Assembly (NCBI GenBank): GCA_964016885.1
Contig: OZ024743.1
Span: 267,654,001 to 267,718,000 of the forward strand
DNA length: 64,000 nucleotides
DNA from: Eledone cirrhosa
Lineage: Eukaryota
Direction: 5' to 3'
In this document: positions 27,615-43,249 of the stretch, piece after piece
Layout of the letters: the number at the start of each line of letters is the position of its first letter
How positions within the stretch are numbered: position 1 is the stretch's first letter
Notes under the pieces: model-generated
Databases searched by the model: none
What the model was told of the DNA's origin: nothing
Seen by the model: only the letters and a program-made list of their open reading frames with translations
Made by a program: the position numbers and the translations under genes

Positions 27615-28199
27615 CGTGCGTGTTTGTGCGTGTGTGTGCTGACCCAAAATACCAGGTCGGTGTCTGGCATGAAATAGCTCACCACATAAGTAGATAGTTG
27701 CTCATTAGCCTTGGTTGATAATCTACCTAGCAGATTTTAGTCTCTGACTAGAACACCTGAAATCTGCTGTTCATTATTCTTTTGGCATACTTTGCTCCAA
27801 CTGTTGCTATCAGCATTATCAAAATATATGAATGATCGTATACAAACCATTATCACTTTAATAATGAAATCCTTGAGTTGGTAGCGCAAAATATTTACTC
27901 ACTCTGTATATTATGAACATCATCCTGAGGATGGGTAACAGAGACGAGAGTAATAATGGAAGACTTTACTTGTTATTCTGCATAGACGGTAGCTCAACAA
28001 GTGATGATCCTTTAGCACAAAATCTGTGGACACTAATGTTGTTTGTGTCATCTGCTGGCTGACAAAGTATATCTCTTTAGTTGAAGAACTTCTTTCTTTT
28101 ATTTGGGATGGAACCAGAAAAAGTACCTTACGATAATGCATGACCACAAAAGCTTGTCATTCTATTGGAGTTGATTTGCTATTCACTTACAGTCGAAAC

Positions 28200-30794
28200 A
28201 ATATAACATAAAGACAAAGAGTAAAATACCATTCAACTTTGGTTTTTGGAATGTCACCACCCTTAGGATTACACAAAATTATCAGAATGTAAACCATCGC
28301 TCATCCCAAAGGTCTTAAATAAGTACAAAATGAGTATAGCTGCATTAAGAGAACAGTTTAAGCTTAAAGAGAGGGGGGGGGTATAGATCTTTCTGATCAG
28401 GGAAAAAAGATGTAATACGCTTTTAGGTGTTGGATTCGCTATTAAGTCTAAGCAAATACATTGGCGTATTTACCATAGGTAATGAGCAAATATCTACTTA
28501 TTGGGTGATAGTATGATGATTTTGCAATTTAAACTTGGGGTTGTTACCTTCCTATATCTAATCATTTTCTATACACTACCCATTAACTCTGAATACTCAA
28601 CATTTATGAAAAGTTATCTTCTATCTTAAGCCCTACAGTTTAGCATTAAAGACGTTTGATACTCTGAGACTTCAATGTCAGAGTTGGGTCAGATCCTGAT
28701 TCCTGGGAAATGCTCTTAGCTTACGTGTCATTGGAAACATGAATAGCAATAGACATTGTCTTCATTTTTGCACAGATGCCCCTTCCATAGCATATGTTTG
28801 TTATCCGATCATTTTCTCTACGGTGGAACGTATCATTTTAACTTCGGAAAAAGCCTAGAATACAAAATACAAATTTCATAAATGGATAAATGTTCAGTCA
28901 CTTGAAGCTGAAAGAAAAGCTTGGCTGTCTTAATTACTCAAAGTGTAGCTTCAAAGATTTGAAATTTCAGAAAATATTGAAGAATCCTGGAAAAATTTCA
29001 AAGATGCATCATATACTGATTCACTTGAAGTTCTTGGCTTGCCAAAGTGTAAACATCACGGTTGGTTGTTGATATTAATGCAGAAATTCAGTCTCCAATT
29101 GAGAAAAATGCATTCCTCTTATTAACTATTAATTGCTGACAAAAACATCATCAGCGAAAAAGAAATTTTATTTGGACTATAACCAAACTGATGAATGGGC
29201 CTAAAGCAACAGTGGTGGTTATTAGAAGCAGACAAGCTTCAAGCTGCTGATGATAGAAAAGAAACAAAAACCATCTAGGAAGGCATAAAAGTGGTTTAGC
29301 GTCCCCAGCAACGTGAGTCTGGATCAGTATTAATATGAGATAAATATGTTTTGCTACCAGATACAAGTGTTATATTTAAGTGCTGGAAAAAGAGGAGATT
29401 CTTGAATTCTCCTTCTAGTGTAAATTATAATTTCATTGATTCAATTCCTTTACGCACGGAAATCCTTGAAACGGATTTTACTCGATATATGCCGAAGTCA
29501 AAATAGTAGTAAACTAAATGGTATGAGGTGTGTCGACTCCAATACCAATTGAGTTGAACAATTATGGAGGCAGCGCATTTATGTGTAAGCTCTATGATTT
29601 GTTCGTTTTGTTATAGAAGAATGGCTAGACTCCTGAGAAATTTAAAAACTCATGTATTTAAGCTACAAGGCCTAAAAGGATTGTGTGATGATCATCATAA
29701 TATATCATTGTCTTCTGGGGCGAGCAATAACATTGCTCGTGTTGTAGTCAACAGTATAATATCTCACTCAATAGATTATGCTGATCCTGAATCCTAGTGT
29801 GTCCTCAGGGCTGAGAGAGGAACCATAGTCTTATACTACTTCTGGTAGGTTGCAGAGAGGTACGGGAGAAGAATAGTGAACTGTTTATAATCCATGTTGA
29901 CTTGAGAAAGTCATTTTACACCGTCAATCATGACGCTTTGTGTGCTAAAGAATATTGGAATTCCTAATAAGATATTCCATGTCATAATCTCCTTTCAAGA
30001 AAAAATAAGAGATTCTGTTAAGTTAGAGGCAGTTCTTCCGATCATCTTCATATAAAAAATGTATCCAAGCAGAAGTGTGCAATGGCCCCTGTTATATTTT
30101 CTCTTTACGTTTTTCTGATGTTAGGATATGATTTCGGTGATTATATTAACAGTGTTCTGTTTGAATTTAGAACATTAGTTGGGTTCTTTAACCAAAATAT
30201 ATTTAAGGCAAAGAAGATACCTAGGACGAACATGCTCTTAGATTTCTTGTTTGCAGATGATGTGACTCTAGTAGGTAATTCTTTCCAAGAATCACACGCA
30301 GTCACGAACCGGTTTTCATTTGCAGGAAAAGCGTTTGGCCTAACTATAAGTGAGAAAAAGGGAGATGTTATGTACCAATAAAACCCTACATATAATCAAG
30401 GAAAAAGCATAGCATTAGAGTGAAACATCACGTCAATTTTTCCCCATTCTTAGGAAGTAAAATAAATGATAGTGCTCCTTTAGTCGATGAAATATTAAAT
30501 ATAATTGCCAATGCTTGTGTTGCCTTTGCAAAGCTCAATTCACGGTATGGAATGAGAAAGGATTGAGTTTGAAAACCAAAATGTCCGTCTACCATGTAGT
30601 TGTAGTCTCAACAATAGTGTATTTGTCCGAATCATGGACACCATATAGAATATATATATTATATGTGTAGAAACTTTCAGCTAGAGATTCTTTTAGAAAT
30701 ATCTGTGGTTTCAAATAGGACGCATTCTCAAATGAACATGGTGTCAATATACATAGTATTGACGCATCAGTGATGCAGTCTCTCCATAGATGTG

Positions 30795-30797
<3 letters not shown>
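28200..30797 (+). mobile_element. Heavily degraded RTE (BovB-like) LINE with APE and RT remnants
   Basis: NFGFWNVTTL and GGGY..F.SG...GVGFAIK (APE); LLDFLFADDVTLV...FGLTISEKK..VMYQ (RT); KTKMSVYHVVVVSTIVYLSESWT. Confidence 0.75.
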
Positions 30798-30837
<40 letters not shown>

Positions 30838-31064
30838 CGATAAATTAACGGAGGCATAGGCCCTCGCTTCCCTGTAAATAATGTGCTCAAAGGATAAGAG
30901 ACCCTGAGCTCTTTAAAATACAATATGTTGAAAAGGTAACACACCAGAAAGAGATATACAGTGCGTTATCAATAATACAGGGAAAAAACCACCAGTGTAT
31001 GGAATCTATAGACACGATAATTAAAAATATAAATTAAAGCGTAAATAAATACCTCTATAACTAT

Positions 31065-31144
<80 letters not shown>

Positions 31145-31341
31145 TATATATAGATAAATCTACCAAAATATACGGTAGTGTCCAATCCGTATGAAGAACT
31201 CAATGTAATCCGAATATCATGAAAAGAGAAGATGTATTCAAAAATTTATTTTAGATGAAAAATACAGGAAAACAGAGTCAAGATAAATTTAAAAAATAAT
31301 GAATAAAAACAAAGAAACAGTTCCTTATATTAAAAAATTCA

Positions 31342-31473
31342 TCATTTTACGATCGTTTCTAGGATATATATATTAGTGTTGGTATGTATATCATATATAT
31401 CTATGTAAAATTTTTACAAACTATCAGAGGGAATATACATACCTACACATATATATGCTGTCTTCAGAAATAA
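31342..31473 (-). ncRNA. Type I hammerhead ribozyme with long stem II insertion
   Basis: Minus strand: ttattt-CTGAAGA-[~100-nt hairpin: gtgtaggtatgtata...tatacataccaacac]-GAAAC-gatc-GTA-aaatga; core intact. Confidence 0.75.
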
Positions 31474-31648
31474 TTGTTTCTACTTTAGGCACAAGGCCAG
31501 AAATTACCCAGTGCATTACTGGTACTTTATTTTATCGACCCCGTAGGGATGAAAGGCAAAGTCAACCTCAGCGGGATTTGAACTCAGATCGTAAAGGGAC
31601 GTAACTATGCTGGAAAGCATGGCGTCCGACTCTCTACCGATACTGCCT
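31468..31648 (-). mobile_element. Family A SINE inserted at the edge of the HHR cassette
   Basis: Tail, core and B box; it interrupts a sequence whose uninterrupted copy is at 31852-31917. Confidence 0.88.
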
Positions 31649-31914
31649 TTATTGAAAAAAACCAACAAGGATTTAATATAATAGGTCTGTTTGGGAACAG
31701 GTTTTGAATTGACCAATAGAAATGTAGTAAAGGTCAAGATGGTAAAATAGTAGTAATAGAACTTTAATTTAGGGGTAGAGGAAGGTAGATTTCAGTTTTG
31801 GATGGAAAGAGTATAATGAATGAAAGATTATTTTAGGGATGAAAATAGGTCATATGCTGTTTTCAGAAATAATTATATTTGTTTATTGAAAAGAACCAAC
31901 AAAGATTAAATATA

Positions 31915-31962
<48 letters not shown>

Positions 31963-32073
31963 GTTGCCAAGCATGCCCGCAATTTAATATGTGTAACAAA
32001 GTAAAAGAATAAATGACCGTGTATTTATGTATGTGTATGTGTGTATGTGTGATAGATGCATACTTATGTTAGA

Positions 32074-32131
<58 letters not shown>

Positions 32132-32300
32132 ATACGGGATAACAGGTTATCGTTATGACAGTCCACTTAGATGTAGTCCAGTTGTGGGGTAGTTCTCGTA
32201 GTTGATAGTATTAACGTGTGGCTTAGTTTGACTCAACAAGACGTTTCCATAGTGATGCGAGTTCGAGGTGATTTCTTTGTAGTTCATACTTGGAGTAATA

Positions 32301-33562
32301 ATAATTCAAGAAAGAAGATTGACATGGTTCGCTATACAATAAGGGCTTTATTCACATTGATCATAAAATGCTACTCAATAGAAAAATAGAAAGGTCAATT
32401 TTCTGCAGACATAGAATTGCTACAAAATTCGCGAAATTTAAACCACCGTGATTCGAACCAATACCACTTAGCTTTAAAACATATGAAATCCGCCTTCTGA
32501 CACGGCCCAATACGGAACTATTATCTTCTATATATACCTTATAGCCTCCCTAATTCTATTCCACTGGAATATGTCTACAACTATCTTATCAGCCCATAAA
32601 TCAATCCTAACATCGCTGTTACCCACTCCTTCGGACCAAGGATTTATATCTCTCATTAGCACTCATGATCTCTAACAGATGAACCTAATTCTAAGTACAT
32701 TATCTTATTACTCCTACAACCCTTGAAATCTCACTTTCCTCTTACTATTCTTATTATTCTTATGAACATCTCAATCTAGCCCTATTATTATTCATCATGT
32801 TCTATATATCTACCATGCACATTTTACTATTATACTACATTTATTGCTTCTATTATTGTTGTTATCACTCTCTTATTTATACACGATTTGTTATTGATGC
32901 TGTGAAAACTAAACCCCCACGATTCGAACTAACAATCCCTACCTTTAGTATAGGCCACTTAAATAACGAATCTACAACTCTATTTAACACCACATAAAAA
33001 CTATCATCATCACTAAATTAATCAAAAGAAAATGTTTATCTGTCAAATAAAAAAATAAAAAGTAAATCTCCGGTTTATTGCCAGAATACCTACAGCACAG
33101 TGGATATCTCATACATTCTGTCTCCAAGTACATCTTAGTGGTTACTGTTATCTAGTCGCTACCCCATCACTACATCTAATGTATCCTATAGCAGTTTTTA
33201 CACGTCAATTCCATACATCTGTATCATATCAGTCTGTTTAACATGCTAGATTCTTCATTATACTCTATCTCTTACTTATATTGATGTTATTATTTTAATT
33301 GTATGCTATCTAGTTATTTTATTTTATCTTTGATATTATTGTTCTGGTTTAATACCACACTTATATAAAAACCATGCCTTATGTATCTTCTTCATTTCAC
33401 CCGCTCTGATGAAAACGACTGGTTATAAACAAAGTATTAGAGATCGATTGGCGCATAATCAGGCGTATAGCCAACTCTAGACCTTCCAGATCAAAGAAAC
33501 AATTGTCAGCAATGTGAATAAAGCCCTTATTGTATAGCGAACCATGTCAATCTTCTTTCTTG

Positions 33563-33568
<6 letters not shown>
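32301..33568 (+). mobile_element. About 1.27-kb non-coding element with 59-bp terminal inverted repeats and an HHR
   Basis: 32301-32359 is the reverse complement of 33510-33568; HHR immediately inside the right repeat; (TA)n flank. Confidence 0.7.
33403..33510 (+). ncRNA. Type I hammerhead ribozyme with long stem II, GUC cleavage triplet
   Basis: gct-CTGATGA-[~83 nt with ctgg/ccag, tagag/ctcta, ttggc/gccaa pairings]-GAAAC-aatt-GTC-agc. Confidence 0.72.
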
Positions 33569-33599
<31 letters not shown>

Positions 33600-33601
<2 letters not shown>

Positions 33602-34560
33602 GTTATACTTTGGGAGGGTCATGCTGCCAATAAAACCACACGCATCTGTTAGTTTTCATTTCAATTTATCCTAAATTTCTGGTTGGTTAGTTGGTTCGAT
33701 AACCGGATGGTTGTCAACGCTCTTTCAGCACACATTCTGTGACCTCCTCACTGACTAGATTTTTAAGACCAGGTATTCCCATAAAAACCCTAATTAGTAA
33801 AACATACCTATTTCAAAGACCCCCAGTGCTGATAGGAAATGCATAGACTAAGCTAAGCCGGCAAACTAACTGCAACATTAAGAACGTAGTATATTGCATA
33901 AGATGTACTGCGGGACTGTGTAGGAATAAGAACATAACATACACATGTGAAACAGCCCGTAGCATAGGAGAAAGGATAAGTGAACATAAATCCAGAATAG
34001 GAAAAACTCATCAGTACTCCACCAACATGCCAACATACAACATAGGGGCACATTAGAGAACATAGAGATAAAAATGATATCCACACACAGAAAAGATGCA
34101 ATGCTCAGACAAATCACAGAGACGGCAAACATAAACGAATTCCAACCAAAATTAAACAGAAAACATGAGTGGAATAGCAACATCTCAACTAATAATTAGG
34201 GAAAAAATAAAGACATACAGATACACACAAAAACCAAACTAACAAAACAAATCAGACACATACCGAGATAGCAAACAACAAACTAGTGACAAGTAAAGAC
34301 AAAAAATAAATAAAAAAACACACACGGATGTAACGAATGTGCAAACTAAGCACACAACACAAAAAACAAGATGGTGTAGGACAGAACAAAAGAGGGACAG
34401 AAAATAAAAACCTAGTCACTGAAGAGGTCACAGCATATGTGACGAAAGAGCTTTGACAATATATAAGCAACCTTCCGGTTATTGAAATTTATAATAAATT
34501 GAAATGAAAACTGGAGGTGCGTGTGTATTTATTGGCAGCATGACCCTTAAGTATAAACAA
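33600..34560. mobile_element. Family D inverted-repeat element (~155-bp diverged IRs, each containing an HHR)
   Basis: 33600-33758 is approximately the reverse complement of 34412-34560; same terminus as 56183 and 63627. Confidence 0.75.
34415..34457 (+). ncRNA. Minimal hammerhead ribozyme (family D); degenerate mirror copy at 33713-33755 (-)
   Basis: gtca-CTGAAGA-g-gtcac-agcatat-gtgac-GAAA-gagc-TT-tgac. Confidence 0.8.
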
Positions 34561-34726
34561 TAAATCTTTCAGCACACGTTTTCAGATAAGGAATCTTGCA
34601 AAGTAAGTTAAAAAACGAAGTATATATATATATGCCCGTGTGTATGTGTATATACGTATATATATATGATACACACACATAAACACACACACACACGTAT
34701 ATATAGATATATGAATATATATATAT

Positions 34727-35298
34727 AACGAAGGAAATGTGGTAAGGAACCAGGTGGACCATAACGCACCAAAGTACTCAATACTTTCTTTATTTCTTTC
34801 TTTATTTCTTTATTTCTTTATTTCTTTATTTCTTTATTTATCTAGCCTAGCAATAGCTAGAGACTTAGCTAGGTCGTAGAAATTGCTTATATTTTTTTCA
34901 TTTATTCGCTTTTTATCACTCTCTGTATTTTTTTTCTTATATATATTTTTACCCTACATAGTTCTACTTACCGTTTCGACTTCATCCTCCTCCCCCTCCC
35001 TAGTATCTTCTTCGACCTCATGCCCAGCTGTAGCCGGCACTACGAACGCATGATTGGGTCTACTCCACCCCCTCCTCTTTTTCTCCTTGGCAGGTTTAGC
35101 CACCCTCTCCCCCGCTAATTTGCCATCACAGAATTACTACTAACTTGTGACCAATCCCTGTGACAATCACTTTGACCATATATGGAATTACCCCTTGAGA
35201 AGCTCGGCTATTTATATACCAGGGTAAATTTTCATTTAGTCCAGAATTACCCGTCGAAACGGCTTGAGATCAGCCGTCGGGGTCTTACTGGTTCCTAT
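34727..35298 (+). mobile_element. Longer family B element with a degenerate complete HHR at 35190-35283
   Basis: Same terminus as 846-905; acccc-TTGAGAA...GAAAC-ggc-ttgagatca-gcc-GTC-ggggt. Confidence 0.65.
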
Positions 35299-35303
35299 AT
35301 ATA

Positions 35304-35353
<50 letters not shown>

Positions 35354-36327
35354 TCATTGTATCTCTTTTGCGTGTGTACCTGTATGTGCATAATGAACAG
35401 AGAGACGTCTCATCCCTCACGTTATGGTTATCTTCGGTTTATAAAGCAAACACAAACAGCTATTGACATTCCAAGAAACGTTATACTTGTTTCTGCCAGC
35501 TGATCTGGCGTCTGTTTTATTTTAACTGAAACCATCTTAAGAGAATACGAAAGACGGAAGAATAGTGAGTGGTAGTCAGATAAAAAGAGACATAATAATA
35601 ATAATAATAATAATAACAATAATAATAATAATAATAATAACAATAATAATAACAATAATACATGTAGACATGGAAATAATTAGTGTTGTGAGGCTTAGTG
35701 TGAGAGTGAGGGTGGCTGAGATATGTGAGAGAAAGAGTTCCAGAGATAAGAGATAGTTGATAGTTTGTATGGGAAGTGTTGTCATTACGATGCAATACTA
35801 CATCACCATACACACATAAACACATATATTTCTCTCTTTATGTATATATCTATGTGTGTACGCATATATATTTAAATACAGACACATTCTTTCTATTATC
35901 TCTTTGTATTAAGGCATCTCTAGTTTATCAAGGTCCTACTCAATGCAATCTTATATGTCTATAAAAAATCCAAATATATATTGACGTGAATATATGCGCA
36001 CAAATATTAGTCTACACACGTGAACACACTTATACAGGCATATACATACACATTTCTTAAAACTTCATTTCAATGCAACTTACAAATGTTGAATTGAAAA
36101 GTTTTCAAGCAAAAGCAACCGTTTAAAGTTTAAAAACATATTTCGATATTTTGGATTAAGGAGCCTTACCAAAGAAGAAATAATAACATGGAGAGAGATA
36201 TAGATGCATATTGCCCAGACCAGATGTAACAAATGTGGTGTGTTTCAAGGAATAACTTTGAAAGAGAGTTGTAACATGCGTTAGCATTACATTAGTCTAC
36301 CAGTGTTACGCAGTTCAGATCTTGTAG

Positions 36328-36518
36328 ATAATTGTTTCTACTTTAGGCACAAGGCCAGCAATTACTCACTGCATTACTGGTACTTTATTTTATCGAACCC
36401 GTAAGGATGAAAGGCAAAGTCAACCTCGGCGGGATTTGAACTCAGATCGTAAAGCGACGTAACTATGCTGGAAAGCATGGCGTCCGACCCTCTACCGATA
36501 CTGCCAATCCACCGCCTA
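36328..36518 (-). mobile_element. Full-length family A SINE
   Basis: Tail, core, B box and head all present. Confidence 0.92.
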
Positions 36519-37163
36519 GGTTTAATTTACTATTAATGATAAACCATTTCCACCTTGTATACCCAGTGTCCACTTCTGTGGTATTTTATATTCACTGTGA
36601 TATTATGCTCACGAGAGTCACCCAGAAGAGTTTTAATACATGAAGCTTTTAGATGAATGTATTTTGTCATGAGGAAGTTTATAGTTTGGAAAAGTCCATT
36701 CTTTATACATTACATGCGATAATCTAGGTACACACGTAAAAATATATTTACTTTGTTTTTAAAAATGAAATTTTGTTACATGAGATTTCAGTCTAAACCA
36801 TTTTTTCTTGTTTCGATATTAGTTTTGCCTTTGTTTTATTTAAAACCTTGTTTAACTATGTGCATTGTAGTGGATTTTGCAAGAGGCACTCGATCACGGA
36901 TTCCCTAACGATTTGAAACCAATATCGTGTGATACATTTTCAGACAGTTGCGGTTTTTATTTTGTCCCTAATTCAAACAGGCCTGAGATCCATTTTGATT
37001 TGAACTCGTCCAGTTTCACTACGATGAAGTATCAAGTAAATACTACTCTCAGTTTAATGAACTGCAAAAGTGTGCCTGCCTGCAATGAGCCATTATAGCA
37101 GGGTAGCGGAAAAACATCACCGACCACCAAATGATAACCTATAAGAGCGCATAGCGTATTCTC

Positions 37164-37340
37164 GGCAGTATCGGTAGAGCGTCGGTCAACGTGCTTTGTA
37201 GCATAGCGTTATGGCCCTTTACGTTCAGAGTTCAAATCCCGCCGAGGTTAAGTTTGCCTTTCATCCTTACGGGGTCGATAAAATAAAGTACCAGTTATGC
37301 ACTGAGATAATTGATGGCCCTGTGCCAAAAGTAGAAACAA

Positions 37341-37347
<7 letters not shown>
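37164..37347 (+). mobile_element. Family A SINE
   Basis: ggcagtatcggtagag head, GAGTTCAAATCC, core and tail. Confidence 0.9.
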
Positions 37348-37395
<48 letters not shown>

Positions 37396-37399
<4 letters not shown>

Positions 37400-37573
37400 A
37401 TATATAATAAACATCACAGTATAATTACCTCTTAAGCCGAGGTTTCCCGAATGGGACGAACACATTCGTTCTTCTTCATCTGACGAACGAATGCTGACGT
37501 CTCTTGTGTTCATCCTATTCGGGAAACCTCCGGTAATGAGGTAATTATAGTGTGCTGTTTATTATACATTAAA
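37396..37573. mobile_element. Fold-back element carrying an HHR core (37480-37543, +) and its inverted partial copy
   Basis: CTGACGA-a-cgaat...attcg-g-GAAAC-ctc-cggtaat-gag-GTA; the left arm is the reverse complement of the right arm. Confidence 0.7.
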
Positions 37574-37694
37574 TATATATATATATATATAATATTAATT
37601 GTTTCTACTTTTGGCACAGGGCCATCAATTATCTCAGTGCATAATCTCCATTCCCTTTACTTTTTCCACGGAAACTTCAACACTTATATATATG

Positions 37695-37926
<232 letters not shown>

Positions 37927-37941
37927 TATATATGTATATAT

Positions 37942-38007
<66 letters not shown>

Positions 38008-38165
38008 ATTTTTTTTAGTTTCAGAAGGTCCCGTTAAGAGTAAAAGCACCGATTCTTTGCTTAAACTTTAATCTGTTATTTTAATAAATATTTGCTCTAC
38101 AGCTCTTATATATTTTATATATATATTTATCCTTATCTAGCCCTCTTTGGATTTTAGTCTTCAAA

Positions 38166-39368
38166 TTTATTATTATTACTATTATTATTATTGTTCTTTG
38201 AGTGTGAGTCATTGATGTTAGTTAACTGGAAAGTTTGTTGAAATGAATATCAAGCCACTACCTGCAGCCTCAGATATTCAGGACGTATCGGAGGGTTCTT
38301 GCTGTTCCCAGCAAGCATACCTTTTGAAGCGTTCCAAAAAGCGTGGCGGGGCCAATTTTCTTTAACCATCCCTGGAAACTTTTTGAGATAGTACCTAGTG
38401 CGCCTATGACAATCGGGACCACTTTGACTTCATGGCTGTTCCAAATCCTTTTTACCGCCCACTTTAAGTCCTGGTATCGGTTAATTTTCTCCCTCTCCTT
38501 CTCTTGCACTCTCGTGTCGAATGGGCAGGCCACATCCACAATCAGGCACGATCTTTTTTCTTTGTCCAAACCACCAGGTCAGGTCTATTGTGTTCCTGTT
38601 TCTTGTCCGTATGTATCCTAAAATCCCACAGCACCTTCACCTGATCGTTTTCTATCACCGACTCTGGCTTATGCTCATACCACTTCTCAGAATGTGGTAA
38701 ATTCTTTACTTTGCATAGGTGCCAGTGGATCACCCTGCCCATCACATCATGTCTCCAGCCTCTATAGTGGGTCTTTGCTAGGTGTTTACACTCGGATACA
38801 ATGTGAGCCACAGTCTCCTCTCTCTCTCCACAGATCCTGCATAGTGGGCTAGCCTCCTCCTTGTAAATATGGTGTTTCAACCACTTCGTTTTGAGGGCCT
38901 GCTCTTGCGCAGCCATTAGCATTCCTTCTGTAGCCTTTTTAAGGTCTCCTCTTTTCAACCAGTTCCATGTGTGTGGATCTCTGAATTCAGTTTTCTCAAA
39001 TAAGGTATTATGAAGGGATTTTTCATGAAGGCTGCTCTTGCTCCATGTTGTTATTTCCTCCCTGGACATCCCCTGGTCTATTGTCCTCTCCTTCAGTACA
39101 GTTCTGAGCATTGGCTCCTTATTATTAGTCACATATTTGTGTAGGTTGTTTTTCTCCATCTGAACACAGTCCTCTGTGCTGATAAGACCTCTTCCATCTT
39201 CAGATCTCCTTAAGTAGAGTCTATCGACATCACTTCTCTTGTGGAACATGTTGTAGATAGTCAATAGCTTCCTAGTCTTCCTATCCATTTCTTTTTGTTC
39301 AGCAACATTTTATCTCATAATTCCCGCACTGTACCTAATAATAGACACAGCTCGGGAATTTACTGCCA
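38166..39368 (-). mobile_element. 5'-truncated R4/Dong-clade LINE with CCHC knuckle, RLE endonuclease and (TAA)n tail
   Basis: RSDVDRLYL, CRICGEREETVAHIVSEC, RHD, LWDFRIHTD..HNRPDLVV, IVDVACPFD...EKINRYQDL; one frameshift near 38560; TAA repeats at the 3' end. Confidence 0.9.
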
Positions 39369-39493
39369 TATATATATATAATTTACTACTATATATATCA
39401 TTTACTACTACTATATATATATATATATATTAGAAAGAGAGGTTTCTTTTAAGAAATGAAAAAAACCGAGGTGTCCTACACGAGTGAAAGTAT

Positions 39494-41320
<1,827 letters not shown>

Positions 41321-41329
41321 TCCCTTTTT

Positions 41330-41376
<47 letters not shown>

Positions 41377-41388
41377 TGTATATATAGT

Positions 41389-41448
<60 letters not shown>

Positions 41449-41469
41449 GTGTACTATATATACATATAT

Positions 41470-41544
<75 letters not shown>

Positions 41545-41927
41545 TGTATATATAGTACAGCATTGTATATATATATACTGGATTGTTTACGTCCGTATAA
41601 AAATATGACCACAGAATACACGTTGAGAACATTAGAGATACGCAAGTATTCAACTGTCTAGCTGTGTGTGTGTGTGTATGTGTGAGTCCTTTGTGTGTGT
41701 TCTGTATCTGTGTATTTGTGTTTGTAAGTATGCTCATGTGCCTTTAAGCGTGATTGTCCATATATCTAACATAATCACAAACGTACACGGATTTTACTGT
41801 ATATAAATATTTATGTAACACCTATATAATAGTTTTTGAAATAAGTGGATTTTTTCATGTCATATTTAAACAGCCCACCATAACCCCCCCCCCATATATA
41901 TATATATATATATAAATGTATACATAC

Positions 41928-41959
<32 letters not shown>

Positions 41960-42116
41960 TGTGTGTGTGTAAGTATATATATATATAACCATTTTGTGCA
42001 TGAATCTTTGCACTCATGAAATAAACTCTTTAAGAAGACACATCTTACTGAAACATGCTCATACATAAAACACACATGCCGAAACGCGAGTGCACACACA
42101 CACGCACACACACGCG

Positions 42117-42162
<46 letters not shown>

Positions 42163-42904
42163 CATATATATATACACATGTGTGTGTATATGTAATGAGA
42201 GATAGAGAAAAAAAGAAAGAGAGAGGTTTACATACACTTATATAATACGTGTCTCACAGACATAGCCATACATGGAGAGATAATTTGATGCGTATGCACA
42301 CTTATTCGTACCACTACATACGGGATATCTCTTGATATATGTTATATGATATATGATGTTACGTTTACAGAACTTCGCTGACGTTTACTTGAAACAGTAG
42401 TGAAACGAATAGGCAATTTAGCAAATAAACTTCACAATCCACAGGAGTGAAGATAGCGATACTACATTTCCTAATTCTTGTAGACACTGGCTATGCCCTT
42501 CTTTTGCTTAAATTGGATCAATTCCGGCTTGATTCTGAATACTGTCGTTTTCGCTTCAACTTATGATATATGGTATTTTAATTCAACTAGATAGCTGAGG
42601 CATCTTGTTAAAACATAATTCTGTTGATATTGACAAGGGGCTTCTTTATAAGTTAGCTCAGCAATAAACAGCACAGAGAGAAAAATAAATAAGTAAACCA
42701 TTTCGTCCTCATTCCATCCCTCGTTTCTAGGAATACTCTCTCACTCATTTTGCTTATTTCATATTAAAGCAAATGAATATCAATTTAAATGTATATTTTC
42801 ACAAAATTAACTGTGATTTTACGTTTTTTTTTTTTTCTTTTTTAGATTATACACACCACTTCTCTCTCTGTTTCACACTCTCCACACACATATATATATA
42901 TATG

Positions 42905-43062
42905 TCTGTGGTATTAGGAAACTCTCGTCACAACCACGTGGTTCTACGTTCAGTCCCGTTGCTCGGGATCTCGAGGAAGTATCTTTTGCTATAGCCTCCA
43001 ATTTACCAATGCAAAATGAATGGATTTGGATAGACGAAAACTACAGAAACTCATCCTATATA
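42905..43062 (+). mobile_element. Degraded family C SINE
   Basis: tRNA-like head (caaccacgtggttctacgttcagtccc) then ctatagcctc...atggatttggatagacgaaaact. Confidence 0.6.
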
Positions 43063-43071
43063 TATGTACAA

Positions 43072-43103
<32 letters not shown>

Positions 43104-43249
43104 GATGGCTACAAACTCTCCTAAGAGTATTGAAATCGCTTGTCGATTATAGAGTCTCGTGCACTATTAGGCTACGGCCAGCCACTCAAACCTGTAACAT
43201 ACCTTGAACAAGCAATGACTGTACTTTGAATGTTTTTTTTAAGTGGGGA

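Noticed and set aside
42373-42406. CTGACGT...GAAAC-a-GTA HHR-like string
   Set aside because: Core mismatch, no stem II, and stem I overlaps the core.
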